A stretch of DNA of 63,768 bases, filler included, from Octopus bimaculoides (Eukaryota): the NCBI RefSeq assembly GCF_001194135.2. It is 6 parts of 6 records of this genome, joined end to end, with 100 filler letters (N's around TTAATTAATTAA, not from the genome) between each part and the next. Parts side by side here need not be neighbours in the genome. Positions count along the whole stretch, not along the records: positions 1 to 26,974 come from NC_068984.1; 5 more parts are not named here. One strand, written 5' to 3'. Position numbers and translations under genes: made by a program. The notes below the pieces were generated by a model. The model was not told where the DNA came from. It ran no database searches and worked only from the letters and a program-made list of their open reading frames with translations. Shown here one piece after another: positions 12,911 to 25,382 of the stretch (the stretch's first letter is position 1; every line of letters starts with the position of its first letter).

Positions 12911-13660
12911 ATGGCTCACCACTTCATCCTTCGTGGATATCCTCTCACCACTATCGACACCGCTCTTGCCAGAGCACATTCCGTGGACCGTGCCTCTGCT
13001 CTCTCTCCTCGCACCCGTACCGCCATTGCCCCGTTTTCCCCTCACCTACCACACCTCTACTCTCCCCTCCAACGCACCATTCTCTGAGCCTTCCGGTGAT
13101 TCCAGTCCGACCACTCCACTTCGCACATTCTCCCCAACCTACTCTTCCCCTCCTTCAAGTGAGCTCACAACCTACGTGACCTCCTGGTCCACAGTTTCTT
13201 CTCCAACCCCACCTCCCAAACTATCTCATTCCCCTCTTCCCGCCCACGCTGTCGCACTTGCTCCTACTTCTCTAAAAACCCCATCCTCACAGGCACCCAT
13301 CATCGTGCCTATCACATCACTGACTCATTAACTGCACTTCTACCAACGTCAATTACTGCTCTTTCAGTCTTCCTCTTTACCTCGGTCAAACGAGACACCG
13401 CTTGGTTGACCGGTTCATGGAGCAGCTCCGAGACATTAGACCTTAGACTTGGTAATGACACCGCGGTCTCGCTCCATTTCCGCTCTACCGGTCATTCATT
13501 ACAAAACCTGTCTGTGTTCGGATTGTTTTTGCACAGGGACCATCCGGACTCCCGTCTTCGCCGTGAACGGGAGTTAATCTTCACGCGTTTTCCTTAGCCC
13601 CACATGGGCTCAACTCCCCTCCCGTCTTCACCTCACACATACTTCCTCTCTTCACTCCAA
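12911..13660 (+). pseudogene. Penelope-like element relic: RT thumb/linker plus GIY-YIG endonuclease
   Basis: HFILRGYP..IDTALARA; FK*AHNLRDLLVHS; CRTC; after a frameshift NCTSTNVNYC...LYLGQTRHRLVDRFMEQLRDI...VSLHFRSTGHS...SRLRRERELIF, which is the PLE GIY-YIG layout. Contains stops and frameshifts. Confidence 0.88.
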
Positions 13661-13667
13661 CCCACCT

Positions 13668-13881
13668 GGCAATAAAGAAATAAGAAACGTTAGCACACCG
13701 GGTGAAATGCTTAGCGGTATTTCGTCTGTCTTTACATTCTGAGTTCAAATTCCGCCGAGGTCGACTTTGCCTTCGTCCTTTCGGAGTTGGTGAATTAAGT
13801 ACCAGTAGCGTACAGTGGTCGATCTAATCGACTGGCCCCGACACAAAATTTCGGGCCTTGTGCCCGGTCTAAAAAAGAATA
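13668..13881 (+). mobile_element. SINE family A copy beginning with a tail-to-head junction
   Basis: Starts GGCAATAAAGAAATAAGAAACGTTAGCAC, followed by the standard family A body. Confidence 0.9.
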
Positions 13882-13890
13882 CAAACCACC

Positions 13891-14218
13891 GTGAAGGCAC
13901 CTGTCTTAATGATTGAGGTATTCAGTTCGAGTTCGTAAGGTCGTGATCTCGATTCCCGGCGGTGTTTTGTGTCGTTGAGCAAGAAAGACACTTTATTTCA
14001 CGTTGCTCAAGTTTACTCAGCTGGCAAATATGAGCGGCATCTATAACTTAAAATACCAGCTTTGTAACATTCTGCACTACACTAAATCTCTCTGAGAACT
14101 ACGTTATGGTTACACTTGTCTGTGGAGTGCTCAGCCACTTCCATGTTATCTTCAAGTGCAGACTGTTCCATTGATTGGATAAAGTGGGACACTGGTCGTC
14201 GTAACCGACGGAGTTCCA
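13891..14218 (+). mobile_element. SINE family C: tRNA head + CORE-like domain + 3' tail shared with family D
   Basis: GTGTCGTTGAGCAAG-ACACTTTATTTCACGTTGCTC...CAGCTG (CORE-like), then CTGAGAACTACGTT...CTGTGGAGTGCTCAGCC...GTCGTAACCGACGGAGT. Confidence 0.8.
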
Positions 14219-14653
14219 CTTAGGAAATCAACCATAACGAAGCAGCGACGAAGCTTTAAAATATCGAGAACCAACTTAGTAACTAAGATTACACAGCAAA
14301 TACCTGAGTATGGTGATCTGCATCCAGACCAAATCAGCACATAGTATTATACTTAAGCATGTGTTTGTGTGTGTGTGTGTGCGTGTGGCTTCACACCTGT
14401 GTGATATGATATGGATTCTGTAACTACGTGTGAAAGTGGTTGATCGAAAGAGCAATCAATCAAACAATCGATTACTTAATTGGTTAAAAGTTAACGAATT
14501 GACAAATATTTAGAAAATGAGTGAAACAGAAACCAGTAACCAGTGCGTGTGATAATTATTAGCGTTGTTATCTTCCCGAGATACTATTGATACTACTACT
14601 TTGTCTGCTTCTGGTAAAAGAACAGTGTCATTTGATGATGTATATATTACTAC

Positions 14654-15024
14654 GGCACACCGGCGGTGATTACGACGAGGGTTCTAGTTGAACCGATCAA
14701 CGGAACGGAGTACTCATGACATTAACTTGCAATTAACTCCACAGACACGTGTACTCTTAACGTAGTTCTCGGGGTGATTCAGCGTGACACAGAGTGTGAC
14801 AAGGCTGGCCCTTTGAAAATATACGTACCACAGAAACAGAAAGTAAGAGTTTGGGAATGTTGTGGTGTGAGGGTACAGTACGATTCGCCACCACCCCTGC
14901 TGAATCCTCGTGGAGCTTTAAGTGTTTTCGTTCAATAAACACTCACTAAACCCGGTTCGGGAATCGAAACCGCGATCCTATGACCGCGAGTCCGCTGCCC
15001 TCACCACTGTTCCATTGCGCCTCC
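14654..15024 (-). mobile_element. SINE family D (GGAGGCGCAATGG...CAGTGG head), full length
   Basis: Colinear with the copies at 38886-39240 and 46381-46685. Confidence 0.88.
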
Positions 15025-16165
15025 ACCATGTATATATATATAATGAAAACGTTGGTTCAAACAACGATCTCATTTCCTTTGCCTTTTCCTTGGTTTTGCA
15101 GATGGATGCAAATTTTATCAGGAAATAATTTATTATACTCAAGTACTAGATTATACTCAAGTACTTTATTTTATCAAGCTGTGAAGAAGGAAGAGAAAAG
15201 CTGATGGTGACAGGATTTGAACTCGCATTTTAAGTACTTCGAAGTAGTTTCTTCTGCCACTTCACTGATTCAGCCAGCCTATCACTCAAGGACAGGCAAA
15301 CAATATAAACCGACGAATGAACTAAAGCCTCGACAATATCTAAACATGCAGAATGTTATATAAATAAACGGCTGACGCGTATAGACAACCTCAATGATTT
15401 CGGTGGCCATTAACAGTGAAAATTAAGTAATATATATATCAAGTATTGTAAAAATGTCCCAGTAAATCATTTGCATGAATGTTAGTAACAATGCGAATCG
15501 TTTCTTAGAAACTATGGTGGGATGTATACGACGCTACCTCTTCCATAGAAGCCATTGTTAACTATATTTCTTTGTAAGTTCTTGGAAATAATTGCATTAG
15601 TCTAACTTATATTCCTTATTTTCCTTCACTTGCTTCCATACATATGTTTTGCATGTCTATGTACAAAAGCTGAATTGTTGCAAGACCATAAATTATTTCG
15701 CAGCATCATAGCGTCCTTTCTATGAGAAGTAAAAGTGACACGCGATAAAACAACCATTATGCTGGCCGTCGTAACTGTTGTAAGTCGTTTATATTCCACC
15801 TAAAACTCTGCCAAATATACTTAACCATTGAATAAGTATAGTAATACGAATTTGCCACACATCAACTATCCGTGTATATACAGGCTGTTTATAACAATAT
15901 TAATAAAACATATATTCAATAAACCATATTAGCTCAAACTTTAATGTAGCAGACGAAAACATTTTTGGCAAATATATTAAGCATCATCATTCTTTCGGAA
16001 TGGAACGGGATAATGTGACTTGATTCTGAATATTAGCATATCGAGTTATACTTTAAAAATGCTGAATTTGTATATATGAACGCAATTAAAGGGCTTTGTA
16101 CATGAAGTAAAATAGAAAAATACATTAAACATTTCATTCGGTGTTCAAGGAATATGAATATATAT

Positions 16166-16296
16166 TGGTCTCAAATTTTGGCTGAAGACCAGCAATATCG
16201 GGTGGGGGGAGGGTTTAAGTCGATTACATTAATCCCAGTGATCGACTGGTATTTATCTCGTTTTATCGACTTCGAAAGGATGGAAGGCTAAGTCGA
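16166..16296 (-). mobile_element. SINE family A, 3' part (split by R4-like insertion; 5' part at 17683-17750)
   Basis: TAAGTCGATTACAT...TTTTATCGACTTCGAAAGGATGGAAGGCTAAGTCGA. The remainder AAAGACGGACGAAATACTGCT...CGCTCGCC resumes after the LINE tail. Confidence 0.75.
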
Positions 16297-17543
16297 AGGG
16301 TAGTGAAGGCTGAAAATTCTTGGGCAGTATCATTATTTAGATACTCAGCAGATTTTATAGATTGGACAAAAACTCGGCTAGCAAAGCAAGACAGAAAAAC
16401 TAGGAAGGAATTCAATATGAATGGAGGACTCCACCCAAGGGCAAGAGTAGCAAGATTATACTTATCTAGAACGAAAAAGCTGAAGAGGGTTAATATTAGT
16501 AGCAGATTGCGTGTAATTAGATAGAGTAGATATAGATCTCTACGTAAGTAATATTGAAGAAATTTTATCAAAAGCTGCTAGAGTCACATCAAGACATAGA
16601 GAAATCAAAAACCCAAACGAATTTAAAAGCCAGAAAAAAGAACAAATTATCTGACTGACAGGAGAAGGCGCTGCAGCAAATAGCAGTAGTGAGGACATGG
16701 TCATGGTTGTAGAATGGAAAGCTGAAGAGGGAGACAGAGAGAAAGATAAGACAGACACAGAAAAAAGATGACTATGGAAGACTAAAAGTCATTTAAAACC
16801 GGAAACGGAGGCTCTCATATGTGCTGCTCAAGAGCAAGCATTAAGAACCAATTACATCAAATACAGAATAAGCAACACATCAGAAAGTGATAAGTCCAGA
16901 ATTTGTGGGAAAATAGTGAAACCGTATGGCATATTACCAGTCAATGTACAACACTAGCCCAGAAAGAGTATAAGAGACGCCATGGCAACATAACAAAGAT
17001 TGTCCATTGGACACTTTGCAACAAATATGGACTTGACAGAGCAAAAAAGTTATACGAATATGAACCCGAAGTCATCATCGGAAATGATAATGCAAAGATC
17101 CTATGGGATTTTATGATTCAGTGCGACAATGAGATAGAGAATACGAAACCAGACATAGTCTTAACTGAGAAAGGAAGCAAACTATGCTGGATCATAGATA
17201 TAGCATGCCCTGCTGACAACAAGGTATGCGATAAGGAAGAAAGAAAAGTCGAGAGATATGACAGGTTAGCTTGGGAAGTTAAGCAGTTGTCGCTGAAAAA
17301 GGTAGCAGTAGTACTAACAATTGTCGGGGCCCTGGGAACAGTGAGTAAAGATATTGAGAAGTACATGGAATAAATAGGGGATGCAATTAGGCTGGAGTAT
17401 TTGCTGAAAACAGCTCTGCTTGGAACCGCTCGAATACTCCGGATGATGCTAGAAAAATAAGGGGTGTTACCTTAGTTCACTGGTAGTGAACAGCTGACAC
17501 TGTAGTACATCTCCAGTGTTAGAAGCTGTGCAAAGACAATAAA

Positions 17544-17623
<80 letters not shown>

Positions 17624-17682
17624 GATGATGATAATGATCATGATGACGACGACGACGATGATAGTAATGATAATAATAATAA
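16297..17682 (+). mobile_element. 5'-truncated R4/Dong-like non-LTR retrotransposon (RT C-terminus, CCHC, REL endonuclease, 3'UTR, (GAT)n/(AAT)n tail)
   Basis: NSWAVSLFRY...DRKTRK...GGLHPR..VARLY; LKPETEALICAAQEQALRTN; RICG..ETVWHITSQC; KPDIV...IIDIACP...KVERY; VGALG; ALLGTARILR. Several stops and frameshifts. Confidence 0.92.
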
Positions 17683-18224
17683 AAACCTAAAGACGGACGA
17701 AATACTGCTCTGCATTTGTCCGGTATGCCAACAATTCTACCCGCTCGCCACCCTAGTATTAATATATATTAATGTAACATCTGAACGACAGAATGGAATG
17801 TTGTAATTACTTCATCACTGAAACAAAACTCTGAACGCTTTCTTTGGCTTAAACTAACTAATAAGCACAAACTGTAAATTTAGTTGGACATTGATTGCTG
17901 TTTTGTTGCTGGACGCTAGCTTTCGCCAAGCAGAATCTTGATCCAAAACAGCCTCAGCCATGCTCATCTTTATGTCGATAAGTTTTTATTTTACATTACA
18001 TCGTACAAAGTACCTTTTGATTTCTGGAGTATTATAGTGACTCTTGAGTGAAATGTTGCAGCCATTTATGCCACACGCAGCGAAAATATAGAATAATCTG
18101 TTGTTTTGATAATTAGCTCGATTATCTAATGAACAATCATTTATTTAATCCTTGTTTAGTTTTATTAAATCAACTATAATAGATAATAGAGATATACCAG
18201 CTAATGTTTCCAAGCATTGAACAA

Positions 18225-18330
18225 TCTGTAAAGTGCACTTAGATGATTTCCTGGTAGATATCTGGTGATGAATCTCTCAACACCAGGTTTGTTTCGTTAA
18301 ATGCAACACTAATAAGTCAGATTACGATAA
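18225..18330 (+). mobile_element. Possible highly degenerate CR1 3' end
   Basis: KVHLDDFLVDI..DE resembles FKxxLDxFLxxIPDE. Confidence 0.35.
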
Positions 18331-19214
18331 ATGGTGTGATTCCATGTGGAATATCAGGATAAATATTAGACTGGTTTGTGCTGATGTGGGGTTATCGTGG
18401 TGTCTTTTGGTTTTAGATAACTGAGATCAATTTTCAAACTAAAATGTAATATATACACATACGTAATACATGCATTCACATGCAAACACACACATGTACA
18501 TATACATATGTATATACATATATACACATATATATATGTTATTCTTTTACTTGTTTCAGTCAATTTACTGTGGCCATGCTGGAGCACCACCTATATATGC
18601 ATATATATANNNNNNNNNNNNNNNNNNNNNNNNNNNNNNNNNNNNNNNNNNNNNNNNNNNNNNNNNNNNNNNNNNNNNNNNNNNNNNNNNNNNNNNNNNN
18701 NNNNNNNNNNNNNNNNNNNNNNNTATATATATATATATATATATATCGTTGCTATTATGTAAAAGAATTGTAAGTCCAGAACGTTGCTTTTTCAGAAAAC
18801 GGAAAATTAGTTTCGCTATTCCTTAGCAAAACTATTGTACTACTTTAACAATTCTTCATATCTTGGCATCTGGAGCAGCTGGAGGTACGATAGTGTGACC
18901 AAAAGAAGCGGCTATTGCAAACAAAAATAAATAAATATTGAAAAAAAAAATCGCATTTGGCCAAATTTGGATATACGACAGTTTAACATAATAGCAAGGA
19001 TGTATAGATTATTGAATGACAAAAAGAATTGTAAAATCACATTCATTGTTTTACAGCTGTTTCCGTTATATGACGCTTGCACTCGGAGCTGTGTGCATTA
19101 ATTGATAATAAATTGTGTAGTCGATCTCTTATTCGCTCTAAAGCATAAGTACATGGATCTGTAGAAACTGATTACTAGTATCGCTATTCCTAACCGAAAC
19201 ATGAAGTCTATGTA

Positions 19215-19602
19215 TTCGCCATGATAGATCGCTAGCCACTACACATTGTTTATTTTCTTTCCCTGTTTCTCTCTGTGGAAAAGCGTAGGCTCGAAACGTT
19301 AAAGACCTTTTCACTTCCCGGCGTTAAACTAATACATCTGTTTGTTTTCTTCGTCTTTTGTTTTTTTGTTCTTTTGTGAATTTTCCCCATATATTACACG
19401 CTCACGTGGTCGCACCAGTGGATCCTGTCTCCACCTCATTCGCCATGATAGATCGCTAGCCACTACACACTCTTTATTTTTTCTCCCTGTTTCTTTCTGT
19501 GTTCCTTTCAATGGAAGAGCGTAGGCTCGAAACTTTAAAGACTTTTTCACATCCCAGCGTTAAACTAATACATCTGTTTTTTGTCTACACCTCCTGTCTT
19601 CA

Positions 19603-19639
<37 letters not shown>

Positions 19640-19652
19640 GTGAATTCTCCCT
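19215..19652 (+). mobile_element. Tandem pair of ~180-215 bp direct repeats, Penelope pLTR-like, each with a degenerate minimal hammerhead motif
   Basis: 19215-19392 and 19438-19652 share ATTCGCCATGATAGATCGCTAGCCACTACAC...AGCGTAGGCTCGAAAC...GCGTTAAACTAATACATCTG, with a 45-nt spacer. Confidence 0.7.
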
Positions 19653-20504
19653 CACACATGTATGTATATATTCGAAAGATGAAATATTGCTGAAACCGAT
19701 TAGCTATACGCTGGAAGACCAGTAAAATAACAACTCGGAGAACATTTCTTCATGACAGAAAATATCCACCGTATACAGGTGAGCCATTGCATATACGAAG
19801 CGGATTTTACTTGAAATTCCATTCAATAAATGATTAAATGCATACTTTAATCGACACATGCGGATTTCTATTGACTCATTAGCTGCCAAACATTTTTATC
19901 CATATTTTTTGGCTTTGCTAGGTGTCTTAGGAGCGTAAATAATATATAGTATTTACATTTTTTTCATGTGAATCATTTTGGAAATTATGATAATTTTTTC
20001 GAAAAATCCCGAATGAAAAAATGGATATTTACCGTTTTCTATTCAATTGCAATAATAGATATTTTAGTTTTTTTCAAACTATAGTATCAAATGCGAATGT
20101 GTATGAAATATTAATGAATGATATAAATGGAAAATGCCCCCCCCCCCACAAAAAAAAAAAGAAAACGTTTTCAAAATAGTCAATAATTTTGCGATTTATG
20201 GCGTTAAATGTCCTCCAGAATTAGCCAGAGCTAATTATGACAGAATTTAATAACTACATATATTGTTAAACACACCTCTGCAAATGCAATGTAGATAAGC
20301 AATTCCCTTTAAATACAACGAACAACCGGCAGTGAGACAGTTCTTAACAGATCCCCAAACGGGGCTCATGACAGGCGATGGGTTAAACAAATGGTTTCCT
20401 GTGCTGCGTTGGGGAGGAGAGAGAATAAATCGGTAGAGCGATGCTGGCTTGGAGAGAAGTGCCCGAATTTTTTTCAAAAAATTGCTTGTAAACAAATCTG
20501 TTTC

Positions 20505-20707
20505 CTTGACCTAGTTTCAGTCATTGAACTGCGGAGACCCCACCCTGGGTGATTTAGTTGACAAAAGAATTGGACCTCAGTAATTACTTTTTCGCTGGGT
20601 ACTTATTCTACCGGTCCCTTTTGCCGAACCGTTAAGTTATAAGAACGTAAATAAACCAGCACTGGTTGAAAGGCGGTAATGGAGTATAAACACGCATGCA
20701 CTCAGAC

Positions 20708-20765
<58 letters not shown>

Positions 20766-20920
20766 GACCGGCTTCCACAATGTTTCAGCCTGACGAATTC
20801 CATCCTAAGGCATTCGTCATTTCGGGTTTACAACAGAAGACACTTGTCCAGGATGGCATAGAACCCAAAACCATGAGGTTCCATTGTGAGCTTCTTAAAC
20901 ATAAAGCCATGCTTGCGTCT
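20505..20920 (-). mobile_element. SINE family B, diverged
   Basis: GTTTCAGTCATT..., TTTTGCCGAACCGTTAAGTTA, internal (TA)n, AGAAGACACTTGTCCA. Confidence 0.75.
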
Positions 20921-21095
20921 TACATCAAAGTCTTTATTAATATTATTTGTAAAAGTTGCACATGAAGGATTAAGATCTACATCAAGTACTCAATCCTTGC
21001 TTTTATGATGACGCCATAATTTTCCATTTTATGCAGTCATTTGTGAACCGAGGACACATGAACCCAAAATAATCTTAAGCGGATAATCTAAAACT

Positions 21096-21432
21096 GGCAC
21101 CCCGTCATTCACGACGACGGACGACGGGGGTAGAAGTTGATCCGATCAACAGAACAAACTGCTTGTAAAAATAAGGAAAATAACCCGCAGGTCGCTGAGC
21201 GTCCCAGACGTGCGTACTCTGAGTGTAGTTCTCAGGAAGATTCAGCGTGACACAGAATGTGACAAGAAATGTACCTGTACATTACAGGTACAACTCACTT
21301 TTGGCAGCTGAGTGGACTGGAGCAACATGAAATAAAGTGTCTTGCTCAAGGACACATTGCGCCGACGGGTATCGAACTCAAACCTTTAAAATATCGAGCA
21401 GAATACCCAAACCACTAAACCACGAACCTTCG
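21096..21432 (-). mobile_element. SINE family C, diverged
   Basis: GGCAGCTGAGTGGACTGGAGCAACATGAAATAAAGTGTCTTGCTCAAGGACAC (CORE-like, reverse) plus the family D-type tail. Confidence 0.8.
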
Positions 21433-22284
21433 CCGGAGAATTTAACACCATATAAAATTTGCGATCTTCCAGCGATCTGATTTCATTTATAATTTTTCAT
21501 TTTATCTCATTCAAGTTCATTACTATTTGTCTTAATTTTCAATTCACGAATGAAAGTCACAAAATCTTCTTTGTCCTTAATACGGTCCTAAAATATTGTG
21601 ACTGATAACGAAACCTATGGTTATTGTATTTATTTGCTGCAGACAAATTTGATGAAAAACTTTGTCTTGTATAACTCTTGTGCGCAATAACATAGTTGTT
21701 AACTAAACAAACTGAAGTTGATTATTTCTGTGTTAATAAAATACATTACCAGAGGACACGCCCTCGTTCGCTCCATATGTCCACTCGATGGTTGCCAGCA
21801 GGATATAGCAATAATTTAATTATTGGAAATGTTCTGCAAGTATTGTTCACATAATTGGGATATTGTCTGTAATACCAAGTTCAAATATTCACCAAGGTGA
21901 AGCGTTAGATTCTTTTTGGTTTTTTCCTTTTTCATTGATTTTACACGCCCGTAAAAGCAACATGTTTCTCTAAAATAAACGGAACGTAATATAATTTACA
22001 ATCTCACACACCCACAAGTATATATATGTCTATGTATATATATGTATATGTATATACACACATATATATGCATACACACACGTATGTGTGTGTATATATG
22101 TATATATATACACACATATATATATACACACACACACCCATATATATATATATAAAAATTTAAACACACATCGTATAGATAGTATATGCATAAATATATA
22201 CATATATATATATATATACATATACATTTACACACACACACGAATATATATATGTATATAAATAATATATATATATACATATAC

Positions 22285-22340
<56 letters not shown>

Positions 22341-22488
22341 NNNNNNNNNNNNNNNNNNNNNNNNNNNNNNNNNNNNNNNNNNNNNNNNNNNNNNNNNNNN
22401 NNNNNNNNNNNNNNNNNNNNNNNNNNNNNNNNNNNNNNNNNNNNNNNNNNNNNNNNNNNNNNNNNNNNNNNNNNNNNNNNNNNNNNNN

Positions 22489-22523
<35 letters not shown>

Positions 22524-23999
22524 AAGAGAGAGAGAGAGAGTGCGTGTGTGATAGGGAGGGAAAGAGAGAGATATATATACATACCCATATACACACACAT
22601 ATATATACACACACTCACACGCACACATATATATGTTCACGTCCTTGTTTATTTCATTGAATTCTCTACATTATTGACTCTGCTATTCACTTCCATTCAT
22701 TCATCCTACTGTTCACTCTCTAGCTTTATTAAGTAATCAAACAGTGAGTTGCGTTCAATGACCACACACCACTACGCAGTGCTTCTGATTGGCGTCATAC
22801 GACTGAATACTGCCAACATAGCAAACCAGCAAAACGCATGATGACTCATATAAATTACTGCAAATATTCTCAGCAATAAAATAATGACAAATTTACGTTT
22901 TCCTTATATTTTAGCAAATAAGTTTAGTTTTCATTCTAGCAAGATGTCTAATAGAAAGTCAGCAGAATAATGTTTTCTGTGTTCAGCTCAGCATCCAAAG
23001 AACCGGAATTGTATTTCAATGTCCCAACTGATCAATATTATGTAAAATCAGAATAAAAAAAGAAAAATTGTTGTCACAGTGGGTTTTCTCTGATATTGTT
23101 GATTTCGGTTCGCAAATATTCTATTGTTATGGTCTTTCTCTCTGAGGACATTTCTTCAAAAATAAATAATAATGAAATGAATTAATGAGAATGTTTTGTA
23201 AGACCGTACTGGACCGAATGATGTCGTTTTATTGTTGTGATTATACGTACAAGCATGCACACACATGTATATTCCTACATATATACATAGACACATACAT
23301 ACATGCTCACACACATACACACACACATATACATACATATATGAATATTCAAACACGTATATAAATGTACATATATATATGTGTGTGTATGTGTGTGTGT
23401 GTGATATGGGTTATCACAATTCCATTCGATAGCAATTTTATAACTCTATCGCATGCACGCATGAATGTATGAATGTATAAATACAATTCTAAAGATTATA
23501 GATTAAAATGCTAAATATTCAATTTTATAGTCTATTTGCTCCGTGCACGTATGGTGATCGCTACGTTAATTAAGTGATATTTTTCCGACCTATGTCCTTT
23601 GGAGATTGTGTGATCATTAGCGTAATTCTCTATATACCGTAATTCTCTATATAAATATAGTTTGCGTCGATAGCAACAAATGATAATCCTCGCTAACATT
23701 TTAATTCGCTCAAATACTTTATGGTCCAAGTTCAAAAACATGTAGCCTAGGCAATGCTGAAAAATATTTCATTCTCACTGTAACCACATACACCTGTAAC
23801 ACATAATCAAATGAAGACTTTACGTAAATTCCACATCGGTTCTTTCCACTCTGCTGCAGAAAAAGATTCAACCACAGGAAGATGAGAGAAATCATCGTAC
23901 CAATAGCAGGTTTGTTTTAAGAGGATACAGATCTTGTATATAATTTCTAACTTCACTGATATAAACCGATCAATATCTTTCAGCTTTTAATTTTTCCAG

Positions 24000-24215
24000 A
24001 CATTGGCCTACAGCTAAGCTGGGGCACCACCTTAAGAAGATTTTAATCAAACAAATCGATCCGAGTAACTATATTTTTTTATCTGGGCTTTTGTTCTATC
24101 GGCCTGTTTTACCCAACCACTAAGATATGGGTACTTAAGCGGTTACTTAGACCAACGCTAGTTATAAAACGATGCAGGGGTTTCAAACACAGACACCAAA
24201 GCCCACACAGGCGTT
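24000..24215 (-). mobile_element. SINE family B 3' fragment
   Basis: GCTGGGGCACCACCTT...TTCTATCGG...AAACACAGACAC. Confidence 0.6.
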
Positions 24216-25382
24216 GTTTTATTATTCTAGATTAAATACAACACAGTTTTGAAAATAATTATGAATGTTTGTTACTGATCATTGATTAATCTGCAGTTCA
24301 TAGTTGTCATGAAATGATGACTGATTTGGAATAAATGAGTAAAAATAATGGTTAAGAACACGATGGTGTCTCTGTATGCTAAATATATATGGTGGAGTCG
24401 GGGTTTCGGCTATTTTTGCATGTCATGTTGCAGGGAAAATAATTTTATATGAAATAATAGACGAAATAGCAAAGATTAAATTCAGTTTTATAATCGGATA
24501 TTAAAATCGTATGACAATATGTAAACGTTGACCTTCAAAGTATAAACAACTTTTCCGATCGGTAAATATCAAGTGAAAACGTGTTTTCCATACATATTAT
24601 AAGTTAAGGACAACAACATTTCGATGTGATTTTAATTATTATACTACGTAAGAGTGGTTAGCTGGCACACTGTTTACACAGTCGGGAAAATGCTTTGTGG
24701 AAAATCTTTCAGCTTATATGTTCGGAATTCGCATCCCACCAACGTCTGCTTTTTATTCATTCTGTCTGGGGGTTCATAAAATTACGTACTTTTCCACAAT
24801 TTGAGGCGATATAACTAAGTAATCTTCATCACCTCTTCACGCAATGTCGGTCCAATGTCTAAATTAGAAAGTATTATTTTTCACATACATACACATATNN
24901 NNNNNNNNNNNNNNNNNNNNNNNNNNNNNNNNNNNNNNNNNNNNNNNNNNNNNNNNNNNNNNNNNNNNNNNNNNNNNNNNNNNNNNNNNNNNNNNNNNNN
25001 NNNNNNNNNNNNNNNNNNNNNNNNNNNNNNNNNNNNNNNNNNNNNNNNNNNNNNNNNNNNNNNNNNNNNNNNNNNNNNNNNNNNNNNNNNNNNNNNNNNN
25101 NNNNNNNNNNNNNNNNNNNNNNNNNNNNNNNNNNNNNNNNNNNNNNNNNNNNNNNNNNNNNNNNNNNNNNNNNNNNNNNNNNNNNNNNNNNNNNNNNNNN
25201 NNNNNNNNNATATATATATATATAGGTTATGTGAGGTAATGGTGTCAAGAAGACCGAAATGTGTCAGCTAACGCTGAGTAAGTGCTACGGACAGAATATA
25301 GTTAAGCTCCAGGTTCGGTGATTATGCGACTGAGGCGTCCAACGTAGGTCATATATTAGCGTGCTTATATATATAAATGAGA

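Noticed and set aside
22780-22860. ATTGG, TGACTCA and TATAAA clustered like a promoter
   Set aside because: Short motifs are frequent in AT-rich DNA and there is no supported downstream gene.
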